Assembly: GCA_003427395.1 (NCBI GenBank)
Contig: BFEA01000032.1
Span: forward strand, 5,027,040-5,091,039
Length of the DNA: 64,000 bases
Source of the DNA: Chara braunii
Taxonomy: Eukaryota; Plantae; Charophyceae
Direction: 5' to 3'
A program made the position numbers and the translations under genes. The notes beneath the pieces were generated by a model, which was given only the letters and a program-made list of their open reading frames with translations, did not search any database and had not been told where the DNA came from. Below are positions 38,536-51,414 of this stretch, piece after piece; the first letter of the stretch is position 1; every line of letters starts with the position of its first letter.

Positions 38536-39736
38536 TGTTACATCTTCGAGTCACACGGGTCCTACCGGACCCGACTTAGGGCCGGAGGGACACACCAGGG
38601 CCTAAAGGCCCGACCTTGAGGGTCACAGACCCTAAAGGCCTGATTNNNNNNNNNNNNNNNNNNNNNNNNNNNNNNNNNNNNNNNNNNNNNNNNNNNNNNN
38701 NNNNNNNNNNNNNNNNNNNNNNNNNNNNNNNNNNNNNNNNNNNNNNNNNNNNNNNNNNNNNNNNNNNNNNNNNNNNNNNNNNNNNNNNNNNNNNNNNNNN
38801 NNNNNNNNNNNNNNNNNNNNNNNNNNNNNNNNNNNNNNNNNNNNNNNNNNNNNNNNNNNNNNNNNNNNNNNNNNNNNNNNNNNNNNNNNNNNNNNNNNNN
38901 NNNNNNNNNNNNNNNNNNNNNNNNNNNNNNNNNNNNNNNNNNNNNGCCTCAGTAGAGGCATCGACCTACCGGCACTATACCGGTACGGTATGGTCAGCGC
39001 CAGAGCGCTGTTTGATGCGCTAAACTTAACGCAGGGGCTGAAGCAGGAGCGCAGCATAGCGCAGATTAGCGCAGCAGCGAGCGGAGCAGCGGCAGGGCGA
39101 CTGAGCCAGCACGGCGGCCATTGCCGCCTGAGGTACTGGGAGCTTGGAGGATCTCTCCTCCTCTCCCTCGCCAGTCCTCTCTCTCTCTCTCTCTCCTCTT
39201 CTCCTCCTTCTTCTTCTTCTTCTTCAGATTGGAGACTATCCAGTTGGACAGAGATCAAAGTTGGGCTTCGGTGATATGAGACTGTGGTACTTACCTGATT
39301 GGAGACTTGGAGATTGTTGAGGTTGATACTCGGCTGCATCACAGTTGGACACCGGTTACATCTGGACTCGGTTATCTCCGACATTGGTGACCTTTGGTCC
39401 TCGACATTTTGATCTTGTTGTATGACATTTTGGACTACTACTTCGGAGACCTACCGGACCCTATCTTGTGACCTATCGGTGTGATCTACCTCCTACCTCC
39501 TTCGTCTCTCCTCCCACCTTTCATCTGTGCATACGTGTACGGGATCTGGGTATCTTCTATGCATGACCCAGACNCCACCATCTCATGATTGTATGTGTGT
39601 GGAGTGATGCCATGTAGGTNAGTCTATGTGAGTCAGTCTATGTGAGTCAGTTTCGTTATAAGACTTCCACTGCATAAAAACTCATCCTATATTGGTTGAT
39701 TCTTGGTTCTGCCCATACTCATTGGAGTATGTAACA
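38536..39736. mobile_element. Nested solo LTR of a different family (contains a gap)
   Basis: TGTTACA...TGTAACA termini with GTGTG 5-bp TSD. The host LTR sequence resumes after it. Confidence 0.8.
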
Positions 39737-40020
39737 GTGTGTGAGGGGTGGACATTCAGGGTGGATCTTCGTGTGTGTATGCGGGAGTGCTAGTGAGGCT
39801 GATGGTGGAGAAAGTGTTCAGTTGGGACTTCAGACAGTGACTCAACGGCCATAGCCGCAAGTTGCAACAGTTGACTTGAGCCGAGTTTCTGGCCAGAGGC
39901 CATATCTCTGAGTTTTCTGTAGGGGCGCATGTCACCAGTCCAAGTTCGTTGCTGGTTCTGAGTTGATGAAGTTGGTCTGTCATCGGTACATACGTGTATG
40001 CATGTTGCAAGCGAGATTGA

Positions 40021-40446
40021 GGGCCTCGCTGCACTCTCTAGACTCTCGAAATATTTCGAGAGTTCGGCTAGCGTTGTCAGAGAGGCGAGACTCTCGAAAT
40101 ACCCGCCTTCGCTGCACTTACTCTCTAACCTATTACACTAGGTGAACTCTGGAAACCCTGGGCGTCGTCCTACTCTACAGAAGAGCTTCACCACTGCGCT
40201 ACAATGAAGTCTGGCCGCCGGGACAGGAGGTCCACTCTCGAAAAATGAGCCTGTCCGCGGGCGACTCCCGAGGACACTCGCAAATTCAGTTTGTGCAGGC
40301 GGGGGACTCTCGACGTTTCGAGAGTTGTGTTATAGTGTGGCTTCTGACAGCTCTCGATCGGGTTTCGAGAGTTTCCCGATCGAGAGTAAGTGCAGCGATG
40401 ACCCACTCTCGAAAATTCGAGAGTCTAGAGTAGTGCAGCGAGGCCC
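40021..40446. mobile_element. PIF/Harbinger-type (Tourist-like) MITE
   Basis: About 30-bp TIRs GGGCCTCGCTGCACT(A)CTCTAGACTCTCGAA, 3-bp TSD TGA, internal CTCTCGA motifs. Confidence 0.85.
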
Positions 40447-40466
40447 TGAGACAAGTCTGATTTCAC

Positions 40467-40478
40467 TGGTATCAGAGC
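40467..40478 (+). other. PBS complementary to initiator tRNA-Met
   Basis: TGGTATCAGAGC 1 nt after the LTR end. Confidence 0.93.
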
Positions 40479-40547
40479 TGGTTCCCGTCGTCCACGCCAT
40501 AGCGACAGAGCTGCAGAGAAGAAGGAGGCTGCCATAGCTGGAGCACG

Positions 40548-40551
<4 letters not shown>

Positions 40552-40626
<75 letters not shown>
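40552..40626. repeat. (AG)n microsatellite in the element's 5' UTR
   Basis: Direct reading of the sequence. Confidence 0.95.
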
Positions 40627-40630
<4 letters not shown>

Positions 40631-41638
40631 CTTACCCGTGACGTGGAAGTGAAGAACCCGCCATAGCGGATGGCGGCCATAGCCGCCGAGCTCGGAAGAA
40701 GAAGAAGACGGACGACTGGACGAAAGAGAAGCAGACGAGGGAGAGAGAGAGAGGTGACGAAGGTGAGGGAAGCCATAGCCAGCAAGAGCAAGGAGAAGTC
40801 GGCCATAGCCAAACTTGAGAGTGAAGGAGAAGAAGGGCGAGTTGGCGAAACTGATGAAGGGAGAAGGAGCCGCCATAGCCAAGTTTGACTGGAGCTGGGA
40901 GGCGTTGACCAAGTTTGACCGGCATTGACCGGGGGTTGACCGGCGAAGTTTGATCAAGTGTTGACCAGCGTTGACCAAGCTGGAGTGCGGAGTGAGCGGT
41001 ATACTCTCTTCAAGCCCTGGCCCTACCCCTGTTACCCTGTGGATGTGCACTCACCTTGGTACTTGCTGAGAGTCGGTCAATCATCTCGTTCTGCATTGAG
41101 TCACTTCTGTCCAGGTCGATAGGACTCTGTGCATGTGGTCAGATAGGGGCCGTGAGCCAGTGTCTGCACGGGACTTAGTAGGGGTTGAGGTGTGTCTGAC
41201 GCTAGACAACCTGGGAAAACACCCCAAGGACCGGTACAGACCGGCAGGTTGCTCTGGGTGGCACATTATACCCGAACTCTGAGCTGCAAAGCGGGTATCC
41301 ACTCTGCCTACGCCTTGAGAGGACTTCGGTTGTGATCGTCGTCCTTTTGCAATGTTAAAGAATTTTTGAGGGGTTATGGGGGATCTCCTTAAATGCCTCC
41401 TGATCAGCCAGAAAATTCCTGTACATCGACCCTGGCGAACTTAGTAGCACTCCCCGGATGGGGAACGCTAACCAAGCACACGCCTATTGATCTTCAGGTA
41501 ACGCGTGAGGGTGTAAAGACCAGTAGTGGTGAAGGGACAGTGGATATAAACGCGAGTGAAAATTGTGGATTGCGTAATAAATGAGCCGACTAAGCCGAGT
41601 AGCTGACAGAGCGTCAATCTGATGTGAAAGCCAGGTGG

Positions 41639-41811
41639 GTTTCGGTGATAGTGGTTGCGAGCACTTCCGTCGACTGTGGCAAGTTTCGGTGACAGTGGTT
41701 GCGAAAGCATCCGTCGGCTGTGGAGAGTTTGGGTGACTGTGGTTGTGCTCGCATCCGTCGGCTGTGGAAAGTTTCGGTGACAGTGGTTGCCAAAGCATCC
41801 GTCGGCTGTGG
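41639..41811 (+). repeat. 44-bp tandem repeat x4 in the 5' UTR
   Basis: GTTTCGGTGACAGTGGTTGCGAAAGCATCCGTCGGCTGTGG at 41639, 41683, 41727 and 41771. Confidence 0.92.
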
Positions 41812-41959
41812 TAACCTAGCTTAAGCGGAAGAAAGACCTATGTGGTCCTTTAGAGAGTCGAGTGGGTAGGTCTACGTGTTGAGGAATGGAATTGTCAGTG
41901 ATTGTGCCCTGTCAACACAGTGACCACCCGGACAGGAACGAGCACTACCCCATATAGTA

Positions 41960-43822
41960 AGAACAAGAAGAGAGGGATGCTGCTATTCTTCGTGAGAAGG
42001 AGAGGATGGAGAAGAGAGAGTTGATTAAACAGGCAAAGAAGTTAGCTCTGTTGGAAGAGGCGGCGGCCAAGAAGAGGCAGACGGAAGAGGAGTTGGAGAA
42101 ATGGAAGAAGGAACACGAAGAGAAGCTGGCCGCAGTCAAGCCCGAAGTAGAGGGAGAAGAGGAGGAAGTGGAGGCAGAGGCCTTGGTGAGAAGAAGGGGG
42201 GAGGCAAGTTCCAGTAGTGCTCCACCAGAGGAGGTGGAGAAGGTAATTAAGGAATGGGTAGCTACTTTATCCCTGGGGGAAGATAAAGAGGCAGAGCTGA
42301 TGGTACCCCAGGCGGAGAGGGAAGCGGTGACAGAGAGCTGGAAGAAGAGAGTGATCCTTTGCGGCGACAAGCAAAGGAGCAAGAGAAGGAACTGGAGTGG
42401 AAATTGCACCTAGCACAGGAGAGAACAAGGCGCTTGGAGGTGGCAGAGAGGGTGGAGCAGGAGTTGAAGGCAGCGGCCGCCCAGCGAGCTCAACTGAAAC
42501 ACATTCGCGGTCATGATATCACACTCGAGTCCGTACGAGTCGGGTTTCAAGAGTTTGCACAGGACATGATGACCCATTTGATTGGGGAGATCCATAGAGC
42601 GATAGGGAAAACTGAGAAATTTTGTACCGGGGCCATAGAGGGCGCCAAAATAGCGGTTCCTAAGGAAGAAGAGACTAGAGCCCGCTGCGAAAAGGTTAAA
42701 GTGTGATTCCCTGAGCTGTATAGTGGGAAGAAAGGGGAAGATTTTGATAACTGGGAGGCCAACGTCCATTCATATATGTACTTGCAGGGCGTAGCAGCCG
42801 AGGATCGCGTCCTAGTAGCTTTCCAGGCTCTGAGAGACAAGGCGGCTAGTTTCACACGGTCACTTGCATGTGCAGCTCACTGCGAAAATGGTACGATTCA
42901 GTACTCCACTATCACCCACCTCACTGACTTTCTCGCTAAGTTGCGAGAATGCTTCGCGGACGCCACTAGCGATATTAAGGTGTCCGATAAGCTTCAGATG
43001 ATCCATTCGCGGCAGTGGAGGAGTGTTCATGCTCTCAAATCCGCTATGGATGAGCTCATCGTTGTGCCCAGCCATAGGGTAACTGACACAGCTCGTGCAG
43101 CTCTTCTACCGGCCGTTGCCTGAGCATGTGCAAGGGCACTTTTTCGCCAAGAAGCAACAGCCAGGAATGACTTATGATGTCCTTAGTAGAGAGGCTGTTG
43201 CATTCGCCGCCGAAGTCGTGCCGGTTACCACTTTTTGGCACAAAGATCTGACCAAAGGCAAAAAGTGGAAGGGTTGCACCATCTTAAGGCCAAGGATAGC
43301 TTGATTTTAACAATGGAGGAAGATGGTGCCGATGAAGTCCCCTACTCTGACATTGCATGGGGACATGAAGAGGAGGAAGACAATAGGGTAGAGAAGGGGA
43401 GTACCTACACTGCTATCGCAGTCGCAGGGAGGCCGCAAGGAGGCGGAAGGGGCCCTGGCAGGAATGGTCGGGCCCCAGGTGGCCGAGGACAGGGCGGCCA
43501 GGGGATTGGCGGCAATAGGGACCACCAAGCGGGAGGAAGGGGTCAAGGTCCCCCGTCTAACCGTCCGCGTTCAAGCCGGTCACCTCCCAAACAAGGAAGG
43601 TGGCACCGGGGCCGGCCCCAAGGGCGGCCTTGGGAATCACTAGGAATTGGGCAGAATGTATGGCAGGATCGCATAGACAGGTACCAATGCGTGTTTTGTG
43701 GGTCCCTGGGCACATTATTAAGTTTCGTCCAAAGTACAAGGATCGTGCTGCTTCTGGGGCAGCAAAAGGCCACCGTCGGTAGAAGTCGCAACTGCCCCTA
43801 CCCCAAGAGTATGTGGATCTGA
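41960..43822 (+). pseudogene. gag: Ty3/gypsy gag (coiled-coil N-terminus, capsid-like region, RGG-rich linker, decayed zinc knuckle)
   Basis: YSGKKGEDFDNWEANVHSYMYLQ...KLQMIHSRQW and CVFCGSLGH knuckle remnant, with frameshifts. Lies between the PBS and the protease. Confidence 0.8.
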
Positions 43823-44126
43823 GTGTGCGTGCAAGATAGAGACTCCCACTCCACATATCTCAGTGGCAAAGGTTGTTGGCCAGCGTCTAGTAAGCTGTCC
43901 ACAGACTGCTTGTATTAGAGTCTCTCTAGGCGCTTCCCTCGCGGGCTTAGCTAAAGAGTTGAAGGAGAGGAGGCAAGTCTGGGCCAAGATGAAGAAGGAT
44001 GGAAAAGGGCAGCTAATTCTCGCAGACATAGAGATCTTCAGAGCTCGAGTAGGGGACCTTATAGACAGTGGGGCCACCAGAAGTTACATTAGTCGTAAAG
44101 CGCTGAAAAAGTTGAAGATCGGTCTT

Positions 44127-46190
44127 TTTCCTTCTTTTTCCTTTTTTTTTCTTTTTTTTTCCTTCTTTTCAAAAGTCCATGGTGTTGGAGAGGACAGTCA
44201 CTAAGTGCATAGTGATCACTTGGAGCAGTAGGCCGTGGGTGTCCTGGAATATGAGACCACCTCCCATCCGATCCTCGCGTCAATACTCCTAGCGCACCCC
44301 CTATCCCACTATCCTACCTCAGTGTGACCAACACTCAGGTCCATTACCCTACCAATGGGCAGGTAACTTGAACCAAACACCAGTGATAGGCACCAGGGCT
44401 GATAGGTTGCCCAGCCCTGATGGAAGCTAAATTCAACGAGCCTTGTCGAACAGGAACTTCGAACGTCAGGCCCAGACAATCTTTTTTTTTTTTTTTTTGG
44501 GGGGGGGAGGAATCCCTCCGGTGATAGTGGTGCTGCTACAGGCCCCAAGAGACTTTGGGCCCTAGGTTCAGACAGGGTAGCACCCATTGAAGCAGTCTTA
44601 CCGTCCTTCCCCTAGCTTACCCAAGGCCAGGTGGAACTCGGACTGGCCTGAGCGAACCCCTACCCTTACCCTAGGGTCTAAGCCTTATATAGCCACCAGA
44701 CAGTTCTATCCAATATCAGTAGGGACTCCGGCGGCCCTTACCTATACCTACTTCAGATACTAGACCCCACCAAGTGACTAGACCCCCCCAGTCAGGGTGT
44801 CACAGCCCCGGCCCCAGGGGGCCGGGGCAGCCCCGGGGGTCCGATGCGGTGGTCCCATGACCCCGGCCCGGAAGGGGCCAAAACAAAAAAAATCTAAAAA
44901 AATCTAAAAAAATCTAAAAAAATCTAAAAAAATAAATAAATAAATAAATAAATCTAAAAAAAAAAACAAAAAATATTGAGGAATGCGCAATGATAGCCTG
45001 CCCCCCCGGCAAATAATCAAAAAAATGATTTTCACCCCTCCTCGGACCCCCCACCGGGGCCATACCCACCATTGGTGCAGGGGCGGGGATGGCTCCAGGC
45101 GGGGGTGGCCCGGGGCGGGGGTGCGGGGGTGCAGGGGTGGCGGGGCGGGGGNNNNNNNNNNNNNNNNNNNNNNNNNNNNNNNNNNNNNNNNNNNNNNNNN
45201 NNNNNNNNNNNNNNNNNNNNNNNNNNNNNNNNNNNNNNNNNNNNNNNNNNNNNNNNNNNNNNNNNNNNNNNNNNNNNNNNNNNNNNNNNNNNNNNNNNNN
45301 NNNNNNNNNNNNNNNNNNNNNNNNNNNNNNNNNNNNNNNNNNNNNNNNNNNNNNNNNNNNNNNNNNNNNNNNNNNNNNNNNNNNNNNNNNNNNNNNNNNN
45401 NNNNNNNNNNNNNNNNNNNNNNNNNNNNNNNNNNNNNNNNNNNNNNNNNNNNNNNNNNNNNNNNNNNNNNNNNNNNNNNNNNNNNNNNNNNNNNNNNNNN
45501 NNNNNNNNNNNNNNNNNNNNNNNNNNNNNNNNNNNNNNNNNNNNNNNNNNNNNNNNNNNNNNNNNNNNNNNNNNNNNNNNNNNNNNNNNNNNNNNNNNNN
45601 NNNNGGGATCCCTGGGCCGGGGGTCCGGGGCTCAATCCCCTACCCCGGCTCGGGCCCCGGGGATCCCCGGGTGACAACCCTGCCCCCAGTCTGATAGTTG
45701 TGTAGTTCGCAATCTATGTGTATACCCGAAGGTTATGTATGCTCCGTGTATCTATGTATCAAGATGTACAGACAGCACCATGTGTGGAAACTTGTGTATG
45801 TAGCCCGTAGGCCATGTATAATTCGCAAGCTATGTATATGCCCGAAGGTTGTGTGCTCTGTGAATCATAGGCAGCATCATGTGTGTATATCAAAGAGAGC
45901 AGCGTAAGCTGGACAAGGACCCCCCCAAGGTCCGAACCAAGCTCGAACCCATGACCTTGTAAGATGTAATCGAATGACTCTACCATGTGAACGACTAGCG
46001 AAAATGGCACGAACGTGTGATATGCCAGACTGGGGAGATCAACAGAACACCCAAGACCAACACCCCCAAGCAACCCATGTGAAACCCAAAACCAACATAC
46101 AACACCATGAACAACCCTTGGGTGGTGCGCAGGCAGTGACTGTAATAGTACTATGCGTGAGCCCAAGGGAGTGTATGTCCAGTTGTGCGC
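44127..46190 (-). mobile_element. Antisense non-LTR-like insertion in the protease
   Basis: T-rich tail at 44125-44170 (a second at 44482-44498). Near-TSD TCGGTCTT/TCAGTCTT. Protease reading KLKIGL|KVQRL resumes after it. Confidence 0.6.
44793..45682. mobile_element. hAT-type non-autonomous element/MITE (contains a gap)
   Basis: TIRs CAGGG(T)TGTCAC and perfect 8-bp TSD CCCCCAGT. Confidence 0.88.
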
Positions 46191-48269
46191 TCAGTCTTAA
46201 AGTCCAACGACTGAAAGAGTCTGTAGTCAGTATCCTCGCAGACAACAGCAATATGCATGTCGAGGAATACGTCAAGGAAGTCCAAGCATACTTTCGCGTA
46301 AAGAAGGAAGGGAAGGTAGAGAAAGTCCTCCATTCCATGACTCTTCTCGTCGAAGAAAATTTCCCATTTGAGGTAGTATTGGGAACAAATTGGGGAGACG
46401 CAGCAAGAGCCACGTTGCACCTTCGAGAGCACGAGTGCAGGCTCCCTAGTCCAACAGGCGAAGTCAAGAAAGTCCGCCTATATCACGAGTCAGGGATAGA
46501 TGATTCCCTAGCACATTGCTGCCTCAGCGCTCTTGCTCACTAGACTTGTGCGAAAGGAACAGCTTGAAGAACATGTGTTTGTCGCTTATGTTGGGCCGAT
46601 TGCAGATACGCCAAAGGAGGAGGAGAAAGTCCACCCCACTATTACCAGTCTGCTGGAACAATACAAAGACTTATCTAAGGCACCTTCTGGAGTAATACCG
46701 GGACCCATCCAGCATCGTATAGAGATAGAACCTGGCAATAGAACGCGTAAGGGGCAAGACTACAAAAATGTCCCCCAAGGAGCTAGAGGAGTTTCGCAAG
46801 TAGTTAGACGAACACCTAGAGAAGGGATGGATCAGGCCCAGTTCATCTCCTTTCGGCACACCTGATTTGTATGTCCCGAAGAAAGGGGGAGAGTTACGAA
46901 TGTATATAGACTACAGAAATCTGAACGTCATAACTGTAAAGAATGCAGAACCGTTGCCCCGTATAGACGATCTTTTGGATCAGGTGCAGGGCTGCAGGTA
47001 CTTCCCAAAGATAGAGTTGAAGTCAGGATATCATCAGATAGAAAGTGCACCCTGATGACAAGCATAAGACAACATTCCGAAGATAAGGGCATTACGAGTT
47101 CATAGTGATGCCCTTTGGACTTACCAATGCAGCAGCCACGTTTCAGCGTTGTATGAACGATTTGTTTAGGTTGTGGCTAAATTGATTCGTAGTAGTTTAT
47201 TGAGAAGACATCTTAGTATTCAGCAAGACCCTCGAGGAACACAAGGGCCATCTAAGGCAGATCTTGGAGAAACTACCGGGAAGCTAACTTCAAGATCAAC
47301 GCAAAGAAGTGTGAATGGACTAAGACAGAAGTCCTTTACTTAGGCCACGTGTTAGACGGAGACGGTATCCGACCTGAGGACGGTAAGATAGCATTTATTC
47401 GAGATTGGCCAACTCCTCATACCCTCACATAATTACGATCGTTTTTAGGATTGACCAACTATTACAGGAAGTTTGTCAGAAACTTTTCCACTATAGCTAC
47501 GCCCCTTCGCAGACTGCTAAAGAAAGAAACAATATGGAAGTGGGACCAAGATTGTACCTCGACCTTGAAGGAATTGAAGAAGGCCTTGATAGAGTATCCT
47601 GTCCTCAAAGTCGGCGACCCGTCACTGCCATTAGTCGTCACTACAGATGCTAGTCAACCTGGCATAGGCGTTGTTCTACAGCAAGACAACGGCAATGTCT
47701 ACAGGCCCGTAGAGTTCATGTCAACTAGGCTGCCTTCATAAAAGGTGGCAGCATCAACATACGAGAGGGAACTTTACTCTCCCAGGCAGGCCCTAGACCA
47801 CTGGAGGCACTACTNNNNNNNNNNNNNNNNNNNNNNNNNNNNNNNNNNNNNNNNNNNNNNNNNNNNNNNNNNNNNNNNNNNNNNNNNNNNNNNNNNNNNN
47901 NNNNNNNNNNNNNNNNNNNNNNNNNNNNNNNNNNNNNNNNNNNNGGGGGGGGGGGGGGGGGGGGCGGCGGGGCCAAGGTGGTTGGACAGAATGAAGCTCG
48001 AAGCTCGGCGATGGAAAGAAGAGAGTGGAGAACAACACATACCCATCCTGACATGTCCGCAGCAAAAGTCGGGTTTTGGAAGGCCAATCGATGATGGATC
48101 AAGTTCACAAACACAGTGCAAGTTCAACAGACAACAGGAAGCAAAGGGCAACAACTTCAGTTTCAAACCTTCATTTCAAGGTTTTCCAAAGCAGATTACA
48201 ATAAAGAAAATAATGTTTTTGCTGCTACATTCTGGGCAGCAATTTGTTCTTCAATATATTCTGCAATAT

Positions 48270-49450
48270 GATCAGTAGTGCAAGGAAAATGAGAGATAGC
48301 AAGATGACAGAATCCAGATAGCACAATCACATTGAAAGCAAGAAAGTCCCACAGTGTCCAGATAAGCAGCATTGCACCAATACTACACCAATGGAGAATC
48401 GAAACACTGAAACCAAATGTCAATGAGAGCTTTACTCTCGTTCCCACCAACATACGTATCCAGGCCCTCTCTCCCTACTTGGCGCTTGGCGCCCAAGCTA
48501 CTCCCTACACAGCTACTTCCTGCCTACGAATTGGCAATGCAACTGTTGACGTTAGCAGCCACCGAAGTACTTGAAGATATCGACCAATGCAGATCATCGC
48601 CAATACCAGGCATGCGCCCTCACATCATCATCCTCATCTCTATCACTCTCTCCCTCTGTCCTTGTCTTCCTCCCACGTCTTCTCCCTTATGCACGAAGAC
48701 CACCACCACCTCCACTGGCTGTCCAAGCCAAGCCCTGGCTATGTAGAGCTGGCTACGGCGCTGCCCTGAGCAGCGCCCTGCCTTCTTCCAGCGCCTGTGC
48801 GCACTGCCTGGCAACTAGCGCTAGTGCCCAGCGCACAGCCAGCGAGCGCACGCTCGAGCAGCGCTGCCGCATGCACTGCCTAGTGCCCGAATGCCTCCAC
48901 CAGTGGCGAGCTCTTTCCTTTATGGAAAGTGCTCGCCCAGTCTGCTCCCTGGCTGGGCCTCGTGTATTTCCAGTAACTTCCAATCGGGCCAAAGTGTCTG
49001 CGGCCAGGCCCATTCAGACAGTGGCCTGGGACCGAATTGGTTGAGCCTGCCCAACCACCCAGGAGTAAACGTGAGGTTCTCCCTGCTTCGCCTGTGCTGC
49101 TGGAAGAGCCTAGAAGGCTCAAGAATTATTTCTGATTCTCACAAGTATGGAGGATGTAACCAACTGGCACATGGCAACCGTCTGGCGCCCACCAAACTTT
49201 GCCAAAATTGACGAACTCAGGCCATATTAAAATTCAGGGGCCCGCCTTCACTTAGGGCGGCTCATGCTTGCTGAAAAGGCCCTACGGGGGCATGCCAAGG
49301 AGCCAACTCATACAAGGCCTTGTCGAAGATCCATGCCCACATGGGGTTTACAACAGGCTCTGCTTGGGCCCCTCAGCCTGGTCTCATAGTCCTATAAACA
49401 GGCATTGGCACATATTTGCAGGCCCGCCTTCACTTAGTGCGGGCACGGCA
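48270..49450 (+). pseudogene. Decayed coding repeat of unknown family, copy 3
   Basis: Aligns by eye with 3700-4790 (-). GCCCGCCTTCACTTAG occurs at about 49240 and 49422. Confidence 0.55.
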
Positions 49451-49822
49451 CCTTTCAGACACTGCTGAGGATCTAAATCCTCGCAGTAGGGGTGGACAGG
49501 TTTACACAAACAGGAGACCATACAACTGTGGACTCAGCACAGTTTTGGAAAAATTCCATCAGAATTTTGTGCTATTTTCGAAACAAGTCTCACTAAGTTT
49601 TGCTCATTGCAAAACCAGTCAGATTTACAAAAAATGTGGCATTGTATAGTCCAACTTCTTGCCGCAATCTAGTAATAAAAGCAGTAATCACAGACTAGTT
49701 AGCTTGTATATTCGGAGCTGATAGAAGTGTTCTGCCCACGAGGCCTGGTTGAGTGAACGTACGGTGGAACAGGCCAGTGGATGCCTACCCAGCGAGTCCC
49801 CAAACGACCAGCCTGGTATCTT

Positions 49823-49881
<59 letters not shown>

Positions 49882-50543
49882 CACAAAACAATCAAATAAT
49901 TCAGAAAATGGCAAAAGAAACATGTCAAAGTTATATAAATCATAAATGGATTGGAGTTTTTTTAACCAATTCGAAGCACATTTTTCATGTACAAGCGCAT
50001 TTTCAACACTTCGAAAACTTATCACTCAAAGCTTTAGATACAGCACAACATATTTGCAAGGTGCCGCGTTATAAAAAAAATGAAAAAAATGCTGTGAAGG
50101 AATTGTTACAAACGATAGTCCAGAATGCTTGGTGATAATGAATGCAAATCAGAATTCCGTGGCCATACTTGAAGCTAGTCAATTACATATACTGATTGTG
50201 TGTTTGATACATTCAGATATTCCAAGCAAATTACAACAAAGAATTCATTACCCCATCCCTTTAACCATCTGTTTTTTTAGCTTTTTGTTTTTTATGTTTC
50301 TTCTGATTTTTCTATTTATAGCATGTTTGCAAATTCAAATAATCAATTAGCATTGTTTAATAAAGTTTCTGGAACTTGGGCAAATCATAAAGGTAGTCTT
50401 TTATTATAGTGTTGGATCCTGAGTCTTTATGGTTTTGTCTTTTGTTTTCGAACTCGCAACGAAGTTGCCTTGACTGGTGCCCCTCTTATGATTCACAAAT
50501 GGATTGCTNNNNNNNNNNNNNNNNNNNNNNNNNNNNNNNNNNN

Positions 50544-50577
<34 letters not shown>

Positions 50578-50980
50578 GAATTTTCACCACAACAGCCCCT
50601 ATTCCACAAAGATGAGCAGATCCAAAATCAAAGCATATTCAATCCTATTGAGTTGAGACAATCCAACAAGGAAACCGTTTCACCTCCATAGCAAGCAACA
50701 TGGAGCATAATAGAGGCATGTAAACCCCTTTCTTAATTGTGTTCACGGTTGCTTTCTTTGGGGTACCCCTTTCATTTGTTCTTGCAGCTCCCCCTTTCCC
50801 GTGCCTCTCATGTACAAGGCTTGCCACGTTGATTGTGGTTGAGCGTGAGCTGCCCACATCCGCATGTGTGTCCGTGTGTTTGTGTGTGTTTCACACATGC
50901 TTTCAATGACCATTTCTCCTTCTCCGCTAATTTCCCTTCTCAATTTCGTCCTTTTTCCCCCAATTTTTTCTTCTATTTTT

Positions 50981-51414
50981 CTAGGCTGGGCCGTCGCCCG
51001 GCCAGGCATGCCCTGGCCAGCTGGGCCGGGGGGGATCGCCTGGCAAAACCAGGCAGGTCAAAAAAGAGGGAAGGATCCCCCAAAAAAAGAAACTGACTTC
51101 AGGCCAGGACTGCGCACGGCCTGAGCAGTCAGAATCCGGCCTTACCTTCCATTTCCTTGGTGGGCCACCCAGGGGTGTTATCTTAAAATTAATAAGGAAT
51201 TGCGATGGGACCCTCAGCCAAAAGTTGCTTGTACTGCAATTTTACACAAAATATTTTTTCACCAGATTTTTTTGAATTTTTTGATTTTTTGATTTTTTTT
51301 TTAATTATGTGCTGGGGCTGCCTGGGACCCTGCCCGGACCCTGCCCGGACCAGGCCGCCCGGGAGGGTACCCAGGCGACCTTCTCCCAGCCGGGCCGCCT
51401 GGGGACCAGCCTAG
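50981..51414. mobile_element. hAT-type MITE
   Basis: TIRs CTAGGCTGG/CCAGCCTAG and 8-bp TSD CTATTTTT. Confidence 0.85.

Larger units (their letters stand above)
37783..40465 (+). mobile_element. 5' LTR, family A, carrying two nested insertions
   Basis: Starts TGAAACGGTTTCACCC, TATA core at about 38294, ends AGTCTGATTTCA directly before the PBS. Confidence 0.88.
43980..47814 (+). pseudogene. pol: Ty3/gypsy pol (protease split by an insertion, RT, RNase H), ending at a gap
   Basis: LIDSGATRSYIS ... FEVVLGTNW; VPKKGGELRMYIDYRNLN; LPRIDDLLD; VMPFGLTNA; YxDD decayed to Y*ED; TTDASQPGIGVVLQQ. Confidence 0.93.
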
